A DNA stretch of 55,161 nt, from assembly GCA_030612365.1 (NCBI GenBank), contig JAUWOA010000004.1:1-55161 (forward strand), read 5' to 3'. Shown piece after piece: positions 1 through 8,668 of the stretch. Positions within the stretch are counted from its first letter, which is position 1, and the number at the start of each line of letters is the position of its first letter. The position numbers and the translations under genes were made by a program. This stretch comes from Candidatus Thorarchaeota archaeon. Lineage in GTDB: Archaea > Asgardarchaeota > Thorarchaeia > Thorarchaeales > Thorarchaeaceae. Below the pieces are notes generated by a model, which saw only the letters and a list, made by a program, of their open reading frames with translations, was not told the origin of the DNA and did no database searches.

Positions 1-43
1 GAACAAGAATGGGAGTGAACTCGTCTGACCGGACTGGTCAGAG

Positions 44-51
44 TTTATATA
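44..51 (+). promoter_or_regulatory. Archaeal TATA box for tnpB
   Basis: TTTATATA about 20-25 nt upstream of the GTG/ATG at 67/70, the usual position for a leaderless archaeal transcript. Confidence 0.55.
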
Positions 52-66
52 TCCTCGAAGGCGAAC

Positions 67-1746
67 GTGATGGTTCAATCCCAAACCCCAGTAATCAGTG
101 TCAAGATTCCCATCAACTGGGAAGCTATGACCAAACGGTCACGCCAAAGACTGACGCAGATTATGGGTCGGGATACCAGAGTGATTCGAGCGCTTGTTGG
201 CATTATCGAAGCGAATGAACTTGACCTTCTGCGAGGAAGGAATAGGAAACGCATCGACGAAAGCAAACTTCATGCCATGACTATGACAGCAGTGAGGACT
301 ACATGTGACACAAATCAGAGATTGGTTGTCAAGTACGATCTCAAAGCTCGCTTTCCAAGAGCTTCAGCAAACGAATTAACTGAGTGTCGGAGGGCTGCAG
401 TTGCGAATTATGAGAGCTACTTGGCTCTTCGTGCGAAAAAGTGGCGTCGTGCATCGAGGCCCTGCGAAATAAACCGCTCTCGGAGAATTCCTCGGTGGGT
501 ATATATCCCCTACAGAGCGAAGCTCGTCGAGCATAGAACGAGAGCTGCCCGTTGGTGGATCAATCTGAGGGACTCTCTGGACTCAACCCCTGAGGGTCGA
601 AAAACCCACGACAGACTGTTAGTACCTCTGAAGACGTCGCCATTCCATCTTAGCCAGCTTCGGCGGGGAAATCCAAAGGCACTGCAAGTCTTCAAAGACC
701 GAGAAGGCAAATGGTGGACTACAGTTGCAGTGAGATTATCAACTGTTGAAACTAGCCCTTCAAACCAACAATCTGCAGCTGTTCTGGGAATTGACCTTGG
801 TATCAACCGAGCAGTCTGCACCACACTACTTACGCCCAAGAAAGTGTCTGAAACTCGGTACTTCTACCAAGAAGATAAAGCCAAGCTGATGGTCAAGTAT
901 GATGAACTGGTCGCACAACTACAACAAGAATTCGACACTCGTAAGAACAAAGGACTGCACTACGAAGGAGTGTTAACCAAGCTCAAGACTCTCCGATTGA
1001 AGAGAGAGAAGGTCGCCAAGGAGCATGATCGGCTTCTTGTAAGTCAGCTCCTTGCCTACATCAAGACTCTCAATGAAGAGTTCGAACTCTATATCGCCCT
1101 CGGTAGACTGAAGGGGATTAGAGGTAGCGCTCGAAAGGGAAACTACAAGGGTCGGAAGTTCCGCGGGATGGTCCATAGGTGGTCCTTCTCCCGCATTACT
1201 CTCTCTCTCAAACACGGACTATCTCAGCTTGGGTGGAAGGTTGAGGGGAAGAGTGCTAGATTCCAAACGGTGCCTGAAGCTTGGACCTCCATCCTATGCT
1301 GGAAATGTGGTCGCAAGGGAATCCGACCTAAGCAGTCAATTTTCGTATGTCATACTTGCGGCTTTCGCACGAATGCAGACCGCAATGGCTCGCTAAATAT
1401 CGCGCGTCGCCTAATTAAGCTCACTCCCGCACTTCGGGATGAGAAAGGACTAGGGCGTTGGGCTCTCCCCGAGAGAGCTCCAGCCCCGAAGGCCGCGAGG
1501 AAGATTCGTTCTTCTAAACGGAAGTCCCCACTCCCCTCTAAGGATGATACATCACATCTTGGGGAGTCCGCGGCTATTCACTCTGCTCAATTGAGCCTTC
1601 TTGACTTCGGCGACGGAGTTCAGAAGAGTGATGATGACCTTGCCGTGGTAAGAACTGTGGAAAAACTCTCTGCCACTGGAGATGATGCAATCAGGATAGG
1701 GCAGAAGAGAGAAGCCAGGACTACAGGAGGGATTCAATCCCGATGA
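67..1746 (+). CDS. tnpB: TnpB-family RNA-guided endonuclease (RuvC + zinc ribbon) with rearranged RuvC-II
   Basis: RuvC-I VLGIDLGIN, Zn ribbon CWKC...CHTC, RuvC-III NADRNGSLNIA. Canonical RuvC-II Glu is replaced (YIALGRL), with an alternative VPEAWTS before the Zn finger. The start may be ATG 70. Confidence 0.92.
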   Translation: MMVQSQTPVISVKIPINWEAMTKRSRQRLTQIMGRDTRVIRALVGIIEANELDLLRGRNRKRIDESKLHAMTMTAVRTTCDTNQRLVVKYDLKARFPRASANELTECRRAAVANYESYLALRAKKWRRASRPCEINRSRRIPRWVYIPYRAKLVEHRTRAARWWINLRDSLDSTPEGRKTHDRLLVPLKTSPFHLSQLRRGNPKALQVFKDREGKWWTTVAVRLSTVETSPSNQQSAAVLGIDLGINRAVCTTLLTPKKVSETRYFYQEDKAKLMVKYDELVAQLQQEFDTRKNKGLHYEGVLTKLKTLRLKREKVAKEHDRLLVSQLLAYIKTLNEEFELYIALGRLKGIRGSARKGNYKGRKFRGMVHRWSFSRITLSLKHGLSQLGWKVEGKSARFQTVPEAWTSILCWKCGRKGIRPKQSIFVCHTCGFRTNADRNGSLNIARRLIKLTPALRDEKGLGRWALPERAPAPKAARKIRSSKRKSPLPSKDDTSHLGESAAIHSAQLSLLDFGDGVQKSDDDLAVVRTVEKLSATGDDAIRIGQKREARTTGGIQSR

Positions 1747-1866
1747 TGGTTGTCAAAGACCCTGCTTGCCTTCAGGTAGCACTGAAGGTTCGCGGTGACG
1801 CTGGGCGGGGTAAGGGTGGAACACAGAAGTCCGTAGACGCGGTTCACTCACTGTTTAGGAAAGGAA
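1450..1866 (+). ncRNA. Putative omegaRNA/reRNA overlapping the tnpB 3' end
   Basis: TnpB guide scaffolds are known to overlap the ORF 3' end and the right end. Here the last ~100 codons lack recognisable motifs, there is a hairpin CCTTCAG-GTAGCA-CTGAAGG (1769-1788), and the end reads TTCAC/TCAC at ~1843-1851. Boundaries are guesses. Confidence 0.4.
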
Positions 1867-1941
1867 TGGTGCGCCTGCCGGGAATCGAACCCGGGTCACC
1901 ACCTTGGAAGGGTGGAATCATTGCCCCTAGACTACAGGCGC
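1867..1941 (-). tRNA. tRNA-Gly(TCC), CCA encoded, no intron
   Basis: Reverse complement GCGCCTG...CAGGCGC-ACCA acceptor stem, anticodon arm CCACC-CTTCCAA-GGTGG, T-arm CCGGG-TTCGATT-CCCGG. Confidence 0.96.
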
Positions 1942-1955
1942 GATTGTCCGCACGC

Positions 1956-2182
1956 GGACGGTCAGTGGAAGGCTTGGATCATATTGGACTATGATGCGAT
2001 CTCACGGGCGGTCAGTGGAAGGCTGCCGTCCCAAACCAGACTACACAAGGCTGTGTTTCGGATGGCTCACTACTCCTTCGCGTTTTAAGGATGTTGTTGA
2101 AGTGGGTCTATCAGGACGGTCAGTGGAAGGCTCGAGTCATGTTGAAGCAGAAAGCGCTATCATGGATGGTCAGTGGAAGGGT
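1956..2182 (+). repeat. Array of 19-bp direct repeats (module A, GGACGGTCAGTGGAAGGCT), ~50-bp period
   Basis: Clear copies at 1956, 2006, 2114 and 2164. Degenerate copies at 2060 (GGATGGCTCA) and possibly 2212 (GAACTGTCAG). Spacings 50/54/54/50/(48). Confidence 0.85.
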
Positions 2183-2428
2183 GAATCCTGGTGGGCAAAG
2201 CGCGTAATTTCGAACTGTCAGCAATGGTGTTGTCGCAGACTACGGACTAGTAGGGCGCAACGTGCTTGAAGGAGGTCTTTGGGTTCTTTATGACTGTCAA
2301 TTGCACATCATGGCGCAACAAAAAGCGGATACTGAGCCCATCATACTGTATTGCCTGCTGGAATGCGTCAGGGACCTTGGGAACCCCACAGGAGGATTCT
2401 AGATGGAATCTACAGGCCATTCATAGTA

Positions 2429-2905
2429 TCAGTCGGCGGAAGCTCCTGCGCTATTGAGATAAAGAATTGCATGACTCCACACAGCGAGAATCGATGGAAC
2501 CGGAATGGGGATGATAAACCTAATGAAGAACGAAGGGGCCATCGCAAGGGAGAAGACTATGATAGGGAGAATTGTCTGAAACACAAGGACCGCACAGGCA
2601 ATACACAGCCCAATGCCTGAATCTTCTGGATTCATTATTGTGTGGCGAATGTTCATGGTCAGGCCCAAGCCCAGCACTATCCATGTCACAGTCAACGTGA
2701 CGAGTGCCAGAGAATCAAAAGCGTGACCTCCCACGAGACCCAGTCCAATTCGGTAGTTCCACACGCTGATATAGCCCCATACAAAGACAAAGACTTGGTC
2801 AAAGGATTCCAACCATACACTGTCCCAATACATAATAGACATGGGCATGGCGAATGTAGAGATTACAATCAGGCACCATGTCTTTGAGTTCATTGGTTCA
2901 TCCAT
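2429..2905 (-). CDS. Hypothetical multi-pass membrane protein
   Basis: 158-aa ORF with 4-5 hydrophobic segments. Confidence 0.7.
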   Translation of the reverse strand: MDEPMNSKTWCLIVISTFAMPMSIMYWDSVWLESFDQVFVFVWGYISVWNYRIGLGLVGGHAFDSLALVTLTVTWIVLGLGLTMNIRHTIMNPEDSGIGLCIACAVLVFQTILPIIVFSLAMAPSFFIRFIIPIPVPSILAVWSHAILYLNSAGASAD

Positions 2906-3292
2906 TGTCTTTCACCGCACCCACGCCACAAACACTGTGCATCCCTTATCGATCGCGAGAGGAGGTCATGTAACTTCGATGGAACGGAAACAGGAATCTA
3001 TTGAGTCCAAGAAGCGAAAGCATGAAGCATTATGCCTTGCCAACCACGGACTGGCACTCCCAAGATATTGATACTCATACCTTTGAGAAAAGCCTTTCTG
3101 GATGAGCCCTACTTTCACTCCCGCGGCTCGCTGGGCCGAACCACCAGACACCACCATAGCTCCCAGATCATAGAGGATGACCTAAATGCTCATCAGTTGT
3201 TGTCTAGATACGGCGTTAATAAACAAATGAAAAAAGGTTTGCAGCAATCAATTACGATGGAAGATACTCAATGTCCAAACAGGTAATGAAGC

Positions 3293-4030
3293 ATGACTGA
3301 AAGCAAACTGGGTGTCGATACTCACAGGAGCTCCCGGGTTATTCATTACTTCGCATTCACATTGGCGTATTGTGTGAGTATAGTCTTCGCAGTCATACTA
3401 GGAGCCACTCTTGGCCTAGTCCCGCCTATCGACTTCTGGTTACGAATTGCAGGGCCTTTTTTCATTCATGTTTCGATTATAGGACTGTGGCTCTTCATCG
3501 TATTTCTGCCTATCTTGTTCGTGACTAACCTGAACGTTATATGGTTCGGACGGGTTCTCCAGCAGAGATTCGTTTCTACTTCCGATGCCATCAGGACCGT
3601 ACTCGGGGTGATTGTTGCGGCTCCTTTGCTCATTATCGCCGTGTGTATCTATATCCTTATGGGCCACATATTCATCTGGCCGGTCGTAATACTTGTCTTA
3701 GGCCCGATTCTATCTGGGTTCCCGCTCGTCTATGTACTCGTCATCATTGGGATTATGACCAAAGACACAAAGCAACTCATCTCAGACTGTGCAAAGAACC
3801 CTCGTTTTTGGTTTGTGTCCCTCTTGTTGATTGCCATTCTTCTCTTCCCCCTGGCCGCCCTAGGTCTCCCATTACAAAAGGCCTATTTCCAGTACTTCCA
3901 GTCAGAAGAGCTCTTCCTAATGAACATCCCTGGCCTCGTTGTCAGGGCACTGATGATAGCATCTGTCTTACCCGCCATACCATTTGCATTCCTTCGGCTC
4001 AGAGATGAAATTCTCTTTGCCGAAAAATAA
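3293..4030 (+). CDS. Hypothetical multi-pass membrane protein
   Basis: 245-aa ORF with about 6 hydrophobic helices and an ATG start. Confidence 0.8.
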   Translation: MTESKLGVDTHRSSRVIHYFAFTLAYCVSIVFAVILGATLGLVPPIDFWLRIAGPFFIHVSIIGLWLFIVFLPILFVTNLNVIWFGRVLQQRFVSTSDAIRTVLGVIVAAPLLIIAVCIYILMGHIFIWPVVILVLGPILSGFPLVYVLVIIGIMTKDTKQLISDCAKNPRFWFVSLLLIAILLFPLAALGLPLQKAYFQYFQSEELFLMNIPGLVVRALMIASVLPAIPFAFLRLRDEILFAEK

Positions 4031-4042
4031 CCAGCAAGGAAC

Positions 4043-4726
4043 ATGAAGACCATGACTGGACGAAAGCGTCGATTAGCAGTACTCCTGGTTAGCTTACTCG
4101 TAATGTCAGTGGTATTTGCAGTATACATACTCGAGTTTAGCTCCAAGGTAGACTCTTCTCGATTGTGATGGGGGGTGAGCGAAGGGGTCCAATATGTGTA
4201 CGTGGTCAATGTCTGTGGCTTCAACATGACGGGCATCAGTAATGACAGCGTTGAGTGTCCTCTATCATTCGCACCGCTAAACAACACAAGAATCATCACG
4301 ACAGTATCATGCCTCCCAGACCTTCCCGGCCTCACAGATGCTAACTCATTCGCTACTGACGTAATTATCCAGACTAAGACTGAAGTCAGTTTGGAGAATG
4401 GAACAGAACTATCTGAACGGTATGATGACGCATTGGTGTCACTAATTTCCTTGACTTTGCTTCCCGTCGGTGACTGGTCACTGATTGATTCGTTATACGA
4501 AGATGAGGATCCAGAACCGCCATTCATGAAGACTTGGTATATCGCCAAGCAACATACTAGCTCCTTCGAGATTGGTTACACGTCGTATGGACCAGACTAT
4601 GCAAGTGGTTGGAATGGAAACCTATCTCTGACAACCGGACTGCCATACTCAGCCAATCTGTGGGCGTGGAATGCTGTTGAGTCCTTCTCATGGATACTCA
4701 CAATCACACTTCTATTGAATGATTGA
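4043..4726 (+). pseudogene. Membrane-anchored exported protein interrupted by in-frame TGA at 4166-4168; paralog of 8669-9343
   Basis: MKTMTGRKRRLAVLLVSLLVMSVVFAVYILEFSSKVDSSRL*WGVSEGVQYVYVV aligns with DASSLTWGVNEGDEFVYLV of the paralog. Shared motifs APxNNT, ENG(T/S)E, LLPVGDW..(I/L)DSLY, GN(L/V)SLTTG(L/I)P. Confidence 0.75.
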
Positions 4727-4895
4727 GCGTGACCGGGTCTACATGCTTAGCATTGCTTCTCGAGTTTCCTAATCTTCTCCATGATCAGAACGTACCTTTG
4801 GATACCCCAAGCCCATTCAAGGCTAGAAGGAATAGCCTACATTGTTTCATCTCATCCTTCGTTAATAACTAAATTGTTCAAACGGCCCTATCCAG

Positions 4896-4922
4896 TAATA
4901 CAAGAATTCAGAGGTGAACCAG
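4896..4922 (+). repeat. Intergenic module B, copy 1 (TAATACAAGAATTCAGAGGTGAACCAG)
   Basis: 26/27 identical to 8551-8577, with weaker similarity extending upstream (GGCCC...CAG). Confidence 0.85.
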
Positions 4923-5011
4923 CCACATCGTCCGATTCACATGTAATGTCCATCTGCTAGTCTTCAGACTATATGCTTAATACGAAGCGTACCAAGAGAA
5001 AGTGGGTATGT

Positions 5012-5286
5012 TTGTTGAAACAGTGGCATAGTGGACTGCTATTAATGCTCAGTAGCTTTGTAATCTGGAGTCTAGCTAACTCACTTCTTTTTCATTATAT
5101 TGTGAGCGTGTGGCATCCTGATTAGCATTTGGGGAACCAATATGGGTGATAGACCCTATTGGATTCATGATAATCTCAGTTCCAACAGGACTTGTGTTCT
5201 TTCTAGGAGTAATAGCATTCTTTGGGGATATGTTACCAAGAATAACGAACAAGAATGATGAGGGGAAAACAGCAGGTGTGGTATGA
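5012..5286 (+). pseudogene. Small two-TM membrane protein, frameshifted near 5122
   Basis: The frame from TTG 5012 gives LLKQWHSGLLLMLSSFVIWSLANSLLFHYIVSVWHPD*. The next frame continues AFGEPIWVIDPIGFMIISVPTGLVFFLGVIAFFGDMLPR...GVV*. One extra T (GATTAG to GATTTAG) joins them. Confidence 0.55.
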
Positions 5287-5384
5287 ATGGGAAGCAGCTT
5301 CGCTGGATGGATTCTCTATGCCTGCAGCGCGTTGCTTCCGGAAATGAAACACTGATTCAAGCAATCCTAAGGATGTGAAGTACA

Positions 5385-6713
5385 ATGATGAACAATATGC
5401 GCGTTCTCAAGAGAGTACTTGCTGGTCTTCTTGCCGTCCTCATCACAACGACCGCTTTCTTCTGGGTCATTCCTTATGTTGCCACCAACGTTGATAGAAA
5501 CACTTACAGCCAGCTCTCTATCGACCTGATACCTGAACATGTCTATCGGGACATGTATGTTGGAGACTTGAACTCCGATCAGCTGGATGACGTGGTTCTA
5601 ACTGGCTTTCAATCACTGCAGATTGCCATGCAGAACCAGTCTGGCGAATTCCAGCTGAGCACGTTGCTCGGCGCCAGGGAAACATATGGAGGACTGGTAG
5701 TCACAGACCTTGATGGAGATGCAGACCCCGATATATGCTGCAGGAATAGTACGAGCTCCTTCGTAGTTCTCTACAATGATGGGTCTGCCGATTTCGCGAA
5801 CCGGTCATTCTACAGTGTTGACTCAGCACAAAATATCCGTTCTCTGTTTCCGTTTCATCTTGAATACGAAAATAGAACGGACATCGGATTGACTCTCAGT
5901 GGTGATGATTACAGAATATGCCTTTACTCCAACAACGGACATGGGGACTTTTCTCTCAATCTCACAATTTCTTGCTCAAGTATTCCTGTCGCCGTAACAG
6001 GAGTTGATCCCGACCAGAATGGTCGTGGAGAGATAGCAATGCTTCATAACGACGGAAACTTCACAGTGGTTTCGAGTGTCTACCCCAGCAATGCCAGTCT
6101 GTTCATAAACATAGGGCAATGGATTGGCTATATCGACAATGCATGGATTTTGCCAGTGGACCTTGATGATGATTCAACTAAGGACTTCCTAGTGGTCGTC
6201 AATGACGGACCAAGATCCAGTCGAATTGTTTTCCTGAGAACATCAGCTACGGGATTCTCAGGAAGTCCGGTAGTGTGGTCATTTGCTTCTGCGTTCTTAG
6301 GCGCCAGTCTTGCAGACCTAGATAATGATGGCGATAGTGATTTTATTTTCACTCAGCTCTCAGGAGTCACAACTGTCTTTGAGAATGACCAAAATGGAAT
6401 ACCCAATCGCCACATGATTCTTCCAAGCCAGTCGTTACCACATTCACCAACCACAATGAGAACGAACCTTTCGGAATACCCCTCAGTAGCTGTCATAAAC
6501 CAGGTGGACGAATACTTGGTGGACTACAACCACATGGAGATAACAGTGGTTTCCAGGGAAACAGGAGTTCTTGCTGAATCCATATGGTTTGCCAGCCATT
6601 TCATGCACAATCCGATCCTGCTGGCTGGAAGAGTCGCCTCCGCCGTAACAGGTATTGCCTTGATTATCATAGTGGTCAAGCTTCTATCGCTAACCAAGCG
6701 ACCAGATAGCTAG
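5385..6713 (+). CDS. FG-GAP/VCBS-repeat (Ca-binding beta-propeller) surface protein with N- and C-terminal TM helices
   Basis: Repeated Dx[DN]xD motifs: DLNSDQLDD, DLDGDADPD, DPDQNGRGE, DLDDDSTKD, DLDNDGDSD, with YNDGSADF/NNGHGDF turns and hydrophobic ends. Confidence 0.85.
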   Translation: MMNNMRVLKRVLAGLLAVLITTTAFFWVIPYVATNVDRNTYSQLSIDLIPEHVYRDMYVGDLNSDQLDDVVLTGFQSLQIAMQNQSGEFQLSTLLGARETYGGLVVTDLDGDADPDICCRNSTSSFVVLYNDGSADFANRSFYSVDSAQNIRSLFPFHLEYENRTDIGLTLSGDDYRICLYSNNGHGDFSLNLTISCSSIPVAVTGVDPDQNGRGEIAMLHNDGNFTVVSSVYPSNASLFINIGQWIGYIDNAWILPVDLDDDSTKDFLVVVNDGPRSSRIVFLRTSATGFSGSPVVWSFASAFLGASLADLDNDGDSDFIFTQLSGVTTVFENDQNGIPNRHMILPSQSLPHSPTTMRTNLSEYPSVAVINQVDEYLVDYNHMEITVVSRETGVLAESIWFASHFMHNPILLAGRVASAVTGIALIIIVVKLLSLTKRPDS

Positions 6714-6871
6714 GAAACCATGCCAAACACGTTCATTGCAATCCGGCCAGAGTTGGACGCTTTGTCTGTCCAGAAACGACACTGAACCTTGATCGAACGT
6801 GAACGATGTTCCTCACTGCGTTGATGTCAGCATGAATTTTATGCACAACAATCCTCCTTGATTTTGCAGGA

Positions 6872-7312
6872 TTGCATATGTCAACGGGAAAAAAGCATTC
6901 ATCGACTGGTCGACTTGTCATACTGATAGCCAAGCACAAGACCACCCCGATAAGGAGCATCCTTGTTCTAGTTGTGTTTGTGATCTATCTTCCTTTTGTG
7001 TACCAGATTCATCTGGATATTCTTGCTCAATATGTCATCAATGGTGCTTTGTGGCCAAGCAGTGGTCATTGCCTTTTTCCTATTCCATTTAGCATCACGT
7101 GGACTCCGTTGGCAACTAACATTTCGATGCCTATTGCTCCTCAGCTTAGTGCTGGAGACCGTTTCATCTACGATTATTTCATCCCGAACGTGGGATTGAG
7201 GCTGCTGTGGTCAGCGCTATGGTTACTGTTGGGGCTCGCTTACATCTTCCGCCCCATAATCCCCAGTTTGAGGTCCAGAGATTCCCAAAGCAATCGAGCG
7301 GATGCAGACTAG
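6872..7312 (+). CDS. Hypothetical membrane protein
   Basis: 146-aa ORF with two hydrophobic segments. The start is uncertain (ATG 6878 or later). Confidence 0.65.
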   Translation: MHMSTGKKHSSTGRLVILIAKHKTTPIRSILVLVVFVIYLPFVYQIHLDILAQYVINGALWPSSGHCLFPIPFSITWTPLATNISMPIAPQLSAGDRFIYDYFIPNVGLRLLWSALWLLLGLAYIFRPIIPSLRSRDSQSNRADAD

Positions 7313-7326
7313 TCCTCTTGCTTTTG

Positions 7327-7923
7327 TCAACTCTTTGGCCGCAATACACCTCGTTTCATAACAGCACCAATTACCACCATCAATGTTACCACTCCAATGA
7401 TGGCCAGAACGATTACGGGAGTCGGGTCAGGGTCTGGCCAGTTCCATGCGTAGGAGTGCTGAATGACATCAGAAACACTACTATAACCGAGTGTGTCGTT
7501 GGCCACGTACCGGATATCCCAGATATAGACTCCGGGTTCAGGGACTTCGACATGAAGGTATGCCGCATAACGAGACCTTGTTGAGTTCTCATCCATGTCC
7601 TGCATGGTGATGTTAGACCATTGATCCTCAGTCCGGTTTCTGTATGAGGCTATGACAGTTTCGATTCCATCTGGATCTTCAACTGTGACTGTGAAGGTGA
7701 TAATGGTTTCAGGATCATATCCATTTGCATAGGAATCGCTATAGCTTAAGAATATGGGTCCCTGACCGTTGCTCAGTGCATGGCAGCACCTGAGAAAGCA
7801 TTGTGGCTCTTTGGTCCACGCAGGAGAAACACACATCAGGATGACCCAAGTGAGAACGGTCATCCTCAACAAGGAGATCCTTGCCATCACTTCCACCATT
7901 CTAAAGTATGTGTGACTCTCCAT
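7327..7923 (-). CDS. Exported Ig-like beta-sandwich protein with C-terminal TM anchor
   Basis: Signal-like N-terminus, ITFTVTVEDPDGIETV...YVANDTLG beta motif, then PDPDPTP linker, TM helix and basic tail. The true start is probably ~7887. Confidence 0.75.
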   Translation of the reverse strand: MESHTYFRMVEVMARISLLRMTVLTWVILMCVSPAWTKEPQCFLRCCHALSNGQGPIFLSYSDSYANGYDPETIITFTVTVEDPDGIETVIASYRNRTEDQWSNITMQDMDENSTRSRYAAYLHVEVPEPGVYIWDIRYVANDTLGYSSVSDVIQHSYAWNWPDPDPTPVIVLAIIGVVTLMVVIGAVMKRGVLRPKS

Positions 7924-8179
7924 TTAACCTCGTGGTCTTGCAATAGTGAGCGAAACTGAGGGATGGACTTGTTTCTTGGATTAGTCCTAGCTTCGGGCAT
8001 CGCACATCGAATCAGCAGGTTTGAGTAGTACATTGGCAAGCCGAAGCAATGTGTGCTCAGAGCTTGGTTTCTCATTCTTTGGATAATTCAAGGGAAGATG
8101 GAAGCACAGACGATGAGATTGGGAAGGAACCTACCAATGTACTTTAGGGAGAACTACATATTAATTCAGGGGGTCATTC

Positions 8180-8386
8180 ATGAAACAATCAGAACGTTGC
8201 CCCAAGTGTGGAAGTACACGGATTTGGAATGATGAGCATAGTTCGCGGAACAGGCGGGGAGCAATTATTATCTCTACGTGGAGAGTCGCAAGACAAGTCA
8301 CTTACGTTTGCACTAATTGTGGATACTCCGAGTATTATGTGGACACCAAAGGACTCCAGACCATCGAAAAACATGGAAGTTCATGA
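8180..8386 (+). CDS. Small zinc-ribbon protein
   Basis: CPKCGS...VCTNCGYSEYY in 68 aa, with a purine-rich RBS-like GGGGG upstream. Confidence 0.8.
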   Translation: MKQSERCPKCGSTRIWNDEHSSRNRRGAIIISTWRVARQVTYVCTNCGYSEYYVDTKGLQTIEKHGSS

Positions 8387-8550
8387 AACAGCTCTATTGA
8401 TGTGTGACATGACATCTGCCGCCACTAAATAGCTCTCTATTGTCCAGTGACTGATATCATAATCATCACTGTTCTCCAAACTAAACCTTCTCCACGCTAG
8501 GCAGGAGCCAAGTCCATCTTAAGTACTGTGCACCCTAGGGCCCCGTCAGA

Positions 8551-8609
8551 TAATACAAGAATTCAGAGGTGAGCCAGATACGCCCTCTTCGAGGGTCTTA
8601 TGGGCTCCC
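8551..8609 (+). repeat. Intergenic modules B (8551-8577) and C (8575-8609), fused
   Basis: B matches 4896-4922. C (CAGATACGCCCTCTTCGAGGGTCTTATGGGCTCCC) matches 9473-9507 at 32/35. C contains the hairpin CCCTC-TTC-GAGGG. Confidence 0.85.
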
Positions 8610-8668
8610 GGTGAACAACACGATATCCGAATTCGGAGCTTGTCAATAGCTGTTTTATCTCGCTCCTA

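Larger units (their letters stand above)
13..1849 (+). mobile_element. Putative non-autonomous TnpB-only element bounded by short imperfect inverted repeats
   Basis: Left GAGTGAAC-TCGTCT (13-26) is the imperfect reverse complement of right AGACGCGGTTCACTC (1835-1849). Subterminal hairpins at 24-42 and 1769-1788. Only tnpB lies inside, with no transposase. The left end is close to the window edge. Confidence 0.5.

Noticed and set aside
1956-2182. Calling the array a canonical CRISPR
   Set aside because: The repeat is only ~19 bp, the spacers are partly homologous to each other, and no cas1/cas2 or leader is evident. Kept as an unexplained repeat array.
1743-2269. ORFs 1743-1994 and 1991-2269 with repeated GRSVEG peptides
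   Set aside because: They overlap the tRNA and the DNA repeats. The repeat is read in different frames (GRSVEG vs DGQWK), so the peptides are by-products.
2379-2392. Possible inverted fragment of module C (GGGAACCCCACA), with a weaker one near 4800
   Set aside because: Too short and degenerate to support by eye.
3883-4548. 221-aa minus-strand ORF and similar antisense ORFs (e.g. 42689-43378, 22163-22813)
   Set aside because: Shadow frames of better-supported genes on the opposite strand.
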